From positions 1 through 64,000 of IMG/VR virus record IMGVR_UViG_3300043438_000518: a stretch of DNA of 64,000 nucleotides. One strand, given 5' to 3'. Below the pieces are notes generated by a model. The model had not been told where the DNA came from and searched no databases. It saw only the letters and a program-made list of their open reading frames with translations. The translations under genes were made by a program, and so were the position numbers. This DNA comes from a virus. Its lineage: Duplodnaviria; Caudoviricetes. Positions 57,089 through 64,000 of this stretch are shown here, piece after piece (position 1 is the stretch's first letter; every line of letters starts with the position of its first letter).

Positions 57089-57133
57089 TAAACTAAATAA
57101 CTAAAAACTAAAACTAAATAAACTAAAACTATG
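57089..57133. repeat. Array of five ACTAAA units plus ACTATG
   Basis: TAAACTAAATAACTAAAAACTAAAACTAAATAAACTAAAACTATG. Confidence 0.85.
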
Positions 57134-57134
57134 A

Positions 57135-57458
57135 TTACATCGCTTGTGGTCCTCCTGTAGCAGCTAAGAAAGCAAGAACTTCTTCTTTTACTTTCAGCTC
57201 TACTACGATTGGCTCACTTGTGATTTCAAATTTAGTGATTTTTACTGGAACTTTTTGCTTAGTTGCAGGATCAATTTTGTATTGATAGTCTACAGGGTTA
57301 AGTTTATCAGCGTTACCTTCTAAGACAACGGCTAAACCATTCTCTGTAGGGTAAGTCATAAGAACCTTGTGGATGTTAAAAGAGAAACCTTTCTTGATGA
57401 TCAATTCCATCTCTTCACCGTTCTCTACTTTTTCTTTTTCTGTGTAATAGAATAACAT
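57135..57458 (-). CDS. Hypothetical protein
   Basis: Likely start at ATG 57458 (MLFYYTEK); last gene of the minus-strand operon. Confidence 0.6.
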   Translation of the reverse strand: MLFYYTEKEKVENGEEMELIIKKGFSFNIHKVLMTYPTENGLAVVLEGNADKLNPVDYQYKIDPATKQKVPVKITKFEITSEPIVVELKVKEEVLAFLAATGGPQAM

Positions 57459-57472
57459 ATTTGTCTTTTTAA

Positions 57473-57754
57473 TTACCAAACGATAGCAATGTCTCGATCA
57501 CTTACCATGATCTTTTCTTCTCCTTCTACTTCAACTAACTCTGCTGATTGAAGGTACATGATGTTTACATAAACGAAGTCTCCTACTTTTACGTTGGTTA
57601 CTTCTTCTCCGAGAGCGTATACTTCTAAACGCTTAAGGTTAGCCAACTCTTTCATGTTCAACTCTTCTTCCATCTCTGGTGTAAGTTGAATGAGTCTTTC
57701 TTCTCTCTTAGGACGGTTGAGTAATACTCGGTGTCCTTTTACTGTGATTGCCAT
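57473..57754 (-). CDS. groES: GroES/Cpn10-like co-chaperonin
   Basis: GHRVLL...EVYALGEEVTNVKVGDFV...EVEGEEKIMVSDRDIAIV. Confidence 0.8.
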   Translation of the reverse strand: MAITVKGHRVLLNRPKREERLIQLTPEMEEELNMKELANLKRLEVYALGEEVTNVKVGDFVYVNIMYLQSAELVEVEGEEKIMVSDRDIAIVW

Positions 57755-57760
57755 ATTGTT

Positions 57761-58201
57761 TTAATTTGTTTTTGCTTTGATTACATCTAGACCTGCTGCT
57801 ATTAATAGTTCTAATCCTGTTCTATCTCTATAATCTTCTAGATATACAAATGTAGTGATTCCACTTTGAATAATCAACTTAGCACAATGCACACAGCATG
57901 CATGAGTACAGTACATAACGGCTCCTTCTGTACTGATAGGACTCTTGCATGCTTTAGTAATTGCATTGGATTCTGAGTGGAGTACGTATTCAAAGGTTGT
58001 ATCATTCTCTTCACATACATTTGGAAACCCTGAAGGAGTTCCATTATACCCAAAAGAGATAATGTTTCCGTTCTTTACGATTAAAGATCCTACCTGGAGT
58101 CTCTTACAGTAAGATTCTTGAGCGATTCTTACAGCTAAATCTAAGTAAAGTTCAGACTTATCAGTCTTAGGCATGTTATATATGATAGGTATTTTATACA
58201 T
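57761..58201 (-). CDS. dCMP deaminase
   Basis: SYCKRLQVG, GYNGTPSG, HSESNA and CVHCAKLIIQSGI motifs; the start may be the second ATG (MPKTDK). Confidence 0.92.
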   Translation of the reverse strand: MYKIPIIYNMPKTDKSELYLDLAVRIAQESYCKRLQVGSLIVKNGNIISFGYNGTPSGFPNVCEENDTTFEYVLHSESNAITKACKSPISTEGAVMYCTHACCVHCAKLIIQSGITTFVYLEDYRDRTGLELLIAAGLDVIKAKTN

Positions 58202-58652
58202 TATTGTTTATTAAAAATTGTTCAGGTGGTACAAATCTACAAAGTTCTCTTGGTATTCTGTAGAAATAATCTTCTCCAGATCTTTCTCTCGTATTAATAT
58301 ATAACCTCTCTAAGTACTCTTTTTTAAAAATCTTATCAGATCTTACAATTAGAGCTGCATATGTTTTACTGCTTATAATTATATAAAAGAACAAATGATC
58401 TTTACTAAATTTTTTCTTTCTATCTAAAAAAGAAACAGTAGAATATGGAAAACTATTCATATCAGTAAAAGCGGTATTTTTCATTTCTACTTCAAAGAAG
58501 TATCTTTTACCGTCTTTGTAGGCTACAATGTCTATGTTGTAATCTTCTTCCTCCTTTGGCTCAATTGTATAACCATGACTTTCTAAGAAGGAACATGTAA
58601 GTTTCCTTCCTAGAGCGTCATATCGGTCATATTGATCTTTTACAAATTTCAA
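58194..58652 (-). CDS. PD-(D/E)xK-family nuclease-like protein
   Basis: IDIVAYKDG...FEVEMK motif. Confidence 0.65.
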   Translation of the reverse strand: MKFVKDQYDRYDALGRKLTCSFLESHGYTIEPKEEEDYNIDIVAYKDGKRYFFEVEMKNTAFTDMNSFPYSTVSFLDRKKKFSKDHLFFYIIISSKTYAALIVRSDKIFKKEYLERLYINTRERSGEDYFYRIPRELCRFVPPEQFLINNNV

Positions 58653-58654
58653 AA

Positions 58655-59113
58655 CTATCTTAAACTGAGTTCAAATCTAAAGATTTCTTTTGGAATATCT
58701 ACAACTACGTCTTTAAAATTTATATCACGATGTAAAAGAGATTTATAATCTTTGGACATGTCATTAAACCTACCTTGCTTAAACAATTCAATGTCTCTAT
58801 GATATAAAGAACTAGGTCTAAAGACATACATAACCATGTTATCTACTTCATAATAGTCGTAGAAAGAGTCAAATCCTGTAATTTTAGTTTCAAACATCTC
58901 AAAAGCATCTTTGTCTGTAGGCTTAAACAAAAAGAACAAACAGTTAGTGTACTTACTTTTATACCCGTAATCATCTATGTAAACATTAACTAACCCAAAG
59001 TTAGCAAGTAAACGAGCAGCATTAGCCCCTGATGTAAATATCATGGGGCTAAGAAACTTGGTGGTATTGTTTGTAGTATCTGAGTACACTTTACACAATT
59101 CTAAGTCCGTCAT
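58655..59113 (-). CDS. Conserved phage hypothetical protein
   Basis: In operon; DIELFKQGRFNDMSKDYK. Confidence 0.6.
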   Translation of the reverse strand: MTDLELCKVYSDTTNNTTKFLSPMIFTSGANAARLLANFGLVNVYIDDYGYKSKYTNCLFFLFKPTDKDAFEMFETKITGFDSFYDYYEVDNMVMYVFRPSSLYHRDIELFKQGRFNDMSKDYKSLLHRDINFKDVVVDIPKEIFRFELSLR

Positions 59114-60059
59114 TCCAGTAGTCCTCCATTGTATATGCCCACATATCGTTTTCTGAGTGCCATTTTAAGCGTTGAATTGCTTGGTGGAACCCTTCATACT
59201 CCTTACCTAAGTAAGTGCCTCCCATCTTTCCTAAATCCATTAGCTTGTCTGACATCTCATAGATCAAAGGACTACCTGGATACTTCTGACTTTCTACGAT
59301 AAATCTAAAGTTATGTATAGTCAAGTTCTCTCCGTAGATACTTAGGTCTGTCTGCTTAAGAGCTTCTGTGTAGAAAGCTGCTTGGAAATCATATCTGTGC
59401 TTAAGCAACATCTCTACCCAATAGTTTAAAGAAGTTGTGGTTGTTTTAAGGTCAATAGGATATAAGATGTTGTTCACTGTGTCAACTACCACTAAATCCA
59501 AAAGACCCTTACAAGCAATTCCTTCGTATTCAAACTGAAGAGACTGTTGGGTAAATACTTTAAACTGTGAATTCCCTACTACGTACTTAGAAGTAAAGGA
59601 ACTCATCTTAAGAGTGTTGGCTACGTTCTGAATGGTTGCATACTGAATAGGACTTACTACTTTCTTTCCTTCTCCAGCAATCAAGTCATCATAATAGGCT
59701 TTACCCTCTTTCTCGAATCTCTCTCTCACCTTAGCAAGAGTATCACGCTTAAATCCTGCTAATTCGTAGGCTATGTTTTCTGCCATAGTATCATTACGAT
59801 TAGCAAATAGATGCCATACAAAGTCTCCCATCTGTCCTGTAGGTCTTTCTACAGTACTAAAATAGAATTGCTCCATGAAAACATCCTCTCCTTGAGTTAA
59901 TAATAAATCTACTCCGTCACCTATAACTGTTACTTCTGCTGGTTCATCCATGTCAGAATTAGGATCGTAGTTAATATAAAGATTAGGGTGTAAAAGTATT
60001 TTCTTTAGCCTACTCTGGCTTTGTGCTGTGTTGGATAAATAATCCTCGTCTAAAATCAT
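59091..60059 (-). CDS. PD-(D/E)xK exonuclease (RecE/DUF3799-like)
   Basis: SQSRLK, CKGLLDLV, IDLKTT and YDFQAAFY motifs. Confidence 0.85.
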   Translation of the reverse strand: MILDEDYLSNTAQSQSRLKKILLHPNLYINYDPNSDMDEPAEVTVIGDGVDLLLTQGEDVFMEQFYFSTVERPTGQMGDFVWHLFANRNDTMAENIAYELAGFKRDTLAKVRERFEKEGKAYYDDLIAGEGKKVVSPIQYATIQNVANTLKMSSFTSKYVVGNSQFKVFTQQSLQFEYEGIACKGLLDLVVVDTVNNILYPIDLKTTTTSLNYWVEMLLKHRYDFQAAFYTEALKQTDLSIYGENLTIHNFRFIVESQKYPGSPLIYEMSDKLMDLGKMGGTYLGKEYEGFHQAIQRLKWHSENDMWAYTMEDYWNDGLRIV

Positions 60060-60232
60060 TGCTTCGTAAATTTAATAGTTAGTGTAAACCATAAGAACCC
60101 TAAATGAATACTAAACCTCTCTCTAGAGTTAGTGCGACTAAAAGTTAATATGGGTAAAGGATAGAAGAACCAATAAGGATAATTCCTTTGGCCTTTGGTT
60201 AGTTTGGAAAAGTTACTTACTTGGATCTTCAT
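60056..60232 (-). CDS. Small hydrophobic hypothetical protein (58 aa, not in the ORF track)
   Basis: MKIQVSNFSKLTKGQRNYPYWFFYPLPILTF...FSIHLGFLWFTLTIKFTKQ; ATGA overlap with the next gene. Confidence 0.6.
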   Translation of the reverse strand: MKIQVSNFSKLTKGQRNYPYWFFYPLPILTFSRTNSRERFSIHLGFLWFTLTIKFTKQ

Positions 60233-60572
60233 GGGTCAAATCATTAAACTCAGGCTTCTCCCTTAAGATATAGGCAATAAACATAGCATTACATTGTATG
60301 TGTCCTATATGGTGGATAAGAGATTCTTTGTCGTGAGACTCTCCTGATAACAAACTAAAAGTATGTCTCAACATACTCTCTAATACTTCGCTAGCTGGCA
60401 TTCCTTTCTTCCAATTATCTTTAGCGTATTTCTTAGCTCCGAACTCTAGTACTTCTACCATAGGTTCTAAAGACTTAAAATCTACTAAAGACCACTGAGC
60501 CTTACCTTTGTTGTAGCGTAGTGCTTGACTACCCTCATTATAGTCTTCCATAGCAGGAAAATCGTTAGCCAT
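60213..60572 (-). CDS. dATP/dGTP diphosphohydrolase domain protein (DUF5664-like)
   Basis: RYNKGK..WSL...VLEFGAKKY..NW.KG...S.LRH...E..D.ES..HH..H...N. Confidence 0.85.
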   Translation of the reverse strand: MANDFPAMEDYNEGSQALRYNKGKAQWSLVDFKSLEPMVEVLEFGAKKYAKDNWKKGMPASEVLESMLRHTFSLLSGESHDKESLIHHIGHIQCNAMFIAYILREKPEFNDLTHEDPSK

Positions 60573-60574
60573 AG

Positions 60575-60847
60575 TTAACGTTTTAAAGCACCTGTAGTAG
60601 TTTTAGAAATAGGATAAGCAGGAACTACTGTAAGAACAACTCTTCCAAATTTCATAGGAAGAACATTAGTTACAATAGACATTACTTCATTACAGTTTAC
60701 TATAGTTCCTAATTGGATAGTTTGACTGTACTCATCTCCATAGTAAGTGACCATGTTTTCTCCATAAGCGTAGGAGTGTGCGACATCAGGGGAGCCAACA
60801 GCTTCCACTTTGTCTGATTCTGTGCGGGGTTCTATAATATATAACAT
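60575..60847 (-). CDS. Hypothetical protein
   Basis: Tightly packed within the operon. Confidence 0.55.
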   Translation of the reverse strand: MLYIIEPRTESDKVEAVGSPDVAHSYAYGENMVTYYGDEYSQTIQLGTIVNCNEVMSIVTNVLPMKFGRVVLTVVPAYPISKTTTGALKR

Positions 60848-60852
60848 AATTT

Positions 60853-61290
60853 TTAGTCTAGTTCTGGTACTTCCACTCCCAGGATTTCTCTTGCAAATAA
60901 AATCACATCTTGTATAAACTTATGTACTTCGTCCTTCTTACCGTTAGATAACGATAGAGGAGTTTTAATAAACTGTCCTTGGAACATAGTCTCTTCGTAG
61001 AAGTACTTGTCTTTAAGGAATGTTACTACGTCCTCTTTGCTATATACTTCGCCTGTAAGCGACTCAAAGCCTGCTTTTACTATAGGTACTAGGGTACTAT
61101 AGAAATAAGCTAACTGAGGGTTTGTTTTCTTAGAATCTATTCTAGTAATACAAACTTCTACATCTATACTCGGATCTTGTTTCATAAGTTCTTTAAAGTA
61201 TGATTGCATTAACTCTTTATCTCCCTTAAGATAAACGTTACCATCTATATTAAGGGAGAGAGTTGCAGGTATGTAAACTCTATTTATCAT
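60853..61290 (-). CDS. NinB/Orf-like recombination protein
   Basis: KTNPQLAYFY...V..FLK......SLS..KKDE..KFI..V..FA...LGV.VP pattern. Confidence 0.6.
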   Translation of the reverse strand: MINRVYIPATLSLNIDGNVYLKGDKELMQSYFKELMKQDPSIDVEVCITRIDSKKTNPQLAYFYSTLVPIVKAGFESLTGEVYSKEDVVTFLKDKYFYEETMFQGQFIKTPLSLSNGKKDEVHKFIQDVILFAREILGVEVPELD

Positions 61291-61540
61291 TAGTTCTCTT
61301 TTCTATTTCTTCCAAAAGCAAAAATGCCAACTCTTCGTCTTCTTCTATCTGGTTACTTACGTTTCTCTTCTGCAAATATCCGTCTAAAATTTTAATAAAG
61401 TAAGCATTTTTTGCTTTTGCTTCGTTAATTGCTTTCCGTAAATCGTCATTAACAAACTCACGGATAAACTGATACTGTGTGTTAACTGCTCTAGCAAGAA
61501 GATAAGTTCTTCTTACTTCTTTTAATTGTTCATCTGTCAT
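61280..61540 (-). CDS. Hypothetical protein
   Basis: Within the operon. Confidence 0.55.
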   Translation of the reverse strand: MTDEQLKEVRRTYLLARAVNTQYQFIREFVNDDLRKAINEAKAKNAYFIKILDGYLQKRNVSNQIEEDEELAFLLLEEIEKRTNDK

Positions 61541-61560
61541 TACACTACTGCTATCATAGT

Positions 61561-61707
61561 TTATTTTTTCTTAAGAGATTTAATAATCATTCTAATCTGT
61601 TGACCTTCAAGTCTCAATTTATGAATTTTTTTATCTATGGTAACCAATCTTTGGTGTAAATACTCTGGGGTTAACTCTCTTAGTTTTAAAATTTCTTCTT
61701 GTTTCAT
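61561..61707 (-). CDS. Small basic coiled-coil protein (48 aa, not in the ORF track)
   Basis: MKQEEILKLRELTPEYLHQRLVTIDKKIHKLRLEGQQIRMIIKSLKKK; starts 2 nt after the PolA stop. Confidence 0.55.
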   Translation of the reverse strand: MKQEEILKLRELTPEYLHQRLVTIDKKIHKLRLEGQQIRMIIKSLKKK

Positions 61708-61709
61708 AA

Positions 61710-63680
61710 TTACTTTTTCCAAAATTTTTCTATGCAAGGATCTGCTTTGAGAGGAACTCTCTTACAAAACTTAGCACCTGCATCTACCATTGCTTTTTCT
61801 AATTGTGCAGCAGCCTGTTGCGCAATTTCCTCAGGTGTTTCTATTAATATCTCATCGTGTATTATATTGACTATCAATACTTTAAACAATAAGTTATTAG
61901 GTACTAGATACTTAGTCCAGAAATACACACAAGCTAACTTAGTAATCTCTGCGGATTCACCTTGGATAGGATAGTTCAAAGACATGCGTTCAATGTCTCC
62001 ACGCTTTCTAAAGAATTGACTTACCTTTTCTTTCATCTCTCTAGCCGTAGGTGTGTTTGCATTCTTCATCTGCTTGTACCTGTCCCAGAAATCTTTGTTC
62101 ATCTCGTTCTTAAGTTTAGAAAACTCATCGTAGTAATCTACGTAAGACTTTTTACCTGTTACGGGTGAGATAAGAACATAGCCATTCTCTACACCAAACT
62201 TCTTTGCTTCAGTAAAGTAAGCTGCTAATCCTGGGAAGGCTCTAAAGTATGCATCATAGATAGACTGACCTTGTTCTACATTTAGTCCTAGTTGATCTGC
62301 AATACCAATACCTGAGCCACCGTAGTTAATAGCAAAGCCTGCAACCTTAGCTGATTGACGCTTATCTTTGTGTTTCTTTTTGATGTCATTAAGATCCATA
62401 CCATCTAACTCAGGATACATCTTGCTCGCAATAAAGCTGTGCATATCACCCAAGTCATTATCATAGAACTCTAAGAGGTTTTTATCTAGACACTTGTTAA
62501 CTAATACAATTTGTTCTTGGCCTGTATAGTCACAACCTACTAGAGTGTTTCCTTCTGATGCTACAAAGCAAGATCGAGTTTCTTGGTCTGAGGGAATGTT
62601 CTGAAAGTTAAAGTTCTTTACGTCTCCTGATTTACCACCACTAGATAAGCGTCCTGTGTTCATCAACTGCTTAAACTGTGTGTGAATTCTTCCGCTTACT
62701 GGATTAATTTGATCTATCCAGTTCTGTCCGTAAGTCCCTATGTCTTTTTGAGCTCCTTTAAACTTTAAATAAGTCTCAATAATGGGGTATTTTGAGCTGT
62801 ATTTTACTAGATGGTTAGCTTCAATGGTGTCTTTAGTCTTTCCTTTCTCTACTACTTTAGTGTTTACACCTAGTGCCTGAAAGAATTCTACTACCTGTGA
62901 AGGTGAGTTCCAATTCACATTAACCTTAGTCGAAGAAGAGAAGAGGTCAAGTTGAGAGTCGATAAACTTTTCCATCTTATTATCTAGGATGAATTGGTTT
63001 AACTGTGCTTCAGCTTCATCTGCTATGGCTTGTACTTTGTTTATCTTAGCTGTCCATTGCTCTACGTCTAGTTTCATTCCTGAATACTCGATGTAGGCTA
63101 GTACTAATACAAACTTATTGTCCAAATCAATGGACACTGAGGTACCATCTGCTAGCTGTAAGAATTCTTGTTTGTCCTTTAATTCGTGTAGATACTTTAC
63201 GTCATACGCAGAGTACTTTACGAAACCTTCAGTAAGTCTACCTGTAATATTTAGTCGCTCTTCTTTGCTTAGTATGATTCCACAATGACGTAGTACACAA
63301 GCAGCAAGTGAGCATCTATGGCTTTCTATACCTAGGCGAGATGTTTTTTCTCCTAAGAAGGTATCGTATACCTTTGTTGGAATTACCCTATAATGATAAA
63401 GGAATCTTAGGTCAAACTTTAAGTTATGACCAATAAGACCCTTAGTCTCTAATAACTCTTTGTATTCGTTGATGTCAATCGTAGTTAAGTCTATTACGTA
63501 TTGAACATCGTTATCTCCTAACTGAAGAGTATACAGTTTAGTAGTGTAAGGATCGAAACCTGAGGTCTCTGTGTCCAAACCTATCCACTCTAACTTGTTT
63601 AAGTATTCGAGGGACTCTTGTACTGTAGTAAGGGTAATGTCGGGTAAGGAGATATCTTGTTTGGTAACTAGATATATCAT
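61710..63680 (-). CDS. polA: DNA polymerase family A with 3'-5' exonuclease
   Basis: LDTETSG, GHNLKFD, YSAYDV exonuclease motifs; TGRLSS, NFQNIP, DYTGQE, RQSAKVAGFAINYG, NYPIQG and IIHDEI polymerase motifs. Confidence 0.96.
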   Translation of the reverse strand: MIYLVTKQDISLPDITLTTVQESLEYLNKLEWIGLDTETSGFDPYTTKLYTLQLGDNDVQYVIDLTTIDINEYKELLETKGLIGHNLKFDLRFLYHYRVIPTKVYDTFLGEKTSRLGIESHRCSLAACVLRHCGIILSKEERLNITGRLTEGFVKYSAYDVKYLHELKDKQEFLQLADGTSVSIDLDNKFVLVLAYIEYSGMKLDVEQWTAKINKVQAIADEAEAQLNQFILDNKMEKFIDSQLDLFSSSTKVNVNWNSPSQVVEFFQALGVNTKVVEKGKTKDTIEANHLVKYSSKYPIIETYLKFKGAQKDIGTYGQNWIDQINPVSGRIHTQFKQLMNTGRLSSGGKSGDVKNFNFQNIPSDQETRSCFVASEGNTLVGCDYTGQEQIVLVNKCLDKNLLEFYDNDLGDMHSFIASKMYPELDGMDLNDIKKKHKDKRQSAKVAGFAINYGGSGIGIADQLGLNVEQGQSIYDAYFRAFPGLAAYFTEAKKFGVENGYVLISPVTGKKSYVDYYDEFSKLKNEMNKDFWDRYKQMKNANTPTAREMKEKVSQFFRKRGDIERMSLNYPIQGESAEITKLACVYFWTKYLVPNNLLFKVLIVNIIHDEILIETPEEIAQQAAAQLEKAMVDAGAKFCKRVPLKADPCIEKFWKK

Positions 63681-64000
63681 TTTAAAATGGGTCCTACTAT
63701 CTTGTTATAATCATTTAAAGCCTGTTTAAGCTTTTCATACTTCTGTTCTTGTGAGTAGTTGCCTTGTTCAATATCGGTAAGGCAGGTTCTGTACACATCG
63801 TAGATAAGCTTTCTATCGTGGTTACTTAACTTAAGAATCTTATTCGAAAGTTGTAGCATGTCTTCTGTGGTATCTTCTCCCCATATCTTGTTTAGGGATT
63901 TACCTAAGTTCCATACGTGATGAGGGGTATAAAGATTGCACTTAGGGCAAGCTGGCAATAAGTTAGTTAAGTGATAACGAGTAGATACTTTAGTTCTACC
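63677..64000 (-). CDS. NinG/Rap-like HNH endonuclease (5'-truncated by the window)
   Basis: Frame is open to the window edge: GRTKVSTRYHLTNLLPACPKCNLY matches the NinG TR...N...C..CN pattern. Confidence 0.7.
   Translation of the reverse strand, partial: GRTKVSTRYHLTNLLPACPKCNLYTPHHVWNLGKSLNKIWGEDTTEDMLQLSNKILKLSNHDRKLIYDVYRTCLTDIEQGNYSQEQKYEKLKQALNDYNKIVGPILK

Noticed and set aside
57089-57133. CRISPR array or mini-array
   Set aside because: The units are only 6-9 nt with no spacers; no CRISPR-like repeat-spacer structure was noticed anywhere in the window.
1-64000. Stop-codon reassignment (TAG or TGA), known in some crAss-like phages
   Set aside because: Genes up to 13.7 kb are uninterrupted in the standard code, and TAG/TGA end genes at sensible boundaries (e.g. 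2985, 28390, 47700).

Overview
This window is part of a crAss-like (Crassvirales-type) podophage genome, most likely infecting an environmental Bacteroidota host, and it reads with the standard genetic code. The + strand (about 1-57050) carries, in order: three secreted/surface-type genes; HU/IHF-like and Zn-finger genes; TerL, portal, scaffold-like, major capsid and conserved head/tail genes; Cys-rich fibre genes; tail tube and muzzle genes; a cluster of small basic proteins interrupted by a freestanding GIY-YIG endonuclease; ejection/cargo proteins, including a 4563-aa virion RNA polymerase (GDFDIDK) and a 2111-aa partner; and a lysis cassette with a metallophosphoesterase. The - strand (57135-64000) is the end of a replication operon (NinG-like, PolA, NinB-like, dATP/dGTP diphosphohydrolase, PD-(D/E)xK nucleases, dCMP deaminase, GroES) that converges on a bidirectional terminator. 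Bacteroidota-type promoters (TTG-N18-20-TAnnTTTG) precede most + strand modules. Four observations stand out. (1) The 3' UTR of the replication transcript is exactly complementary over 16-20 nt to the translation-initiation regions of several structural genes. (2) The virion RNAP and its partner carry zincin, macro-like, AlkB and ADP-ribosyltransferase-like domains. (3) A repeated [MF]xxGG motif punctuates the basic/cargo proteins like a polyprotein processing signal. (4) A candidate structured ncRNA of about 205 nt has its own promoter element. All family assignments come from motif recognition and gene order; no database searches were run.
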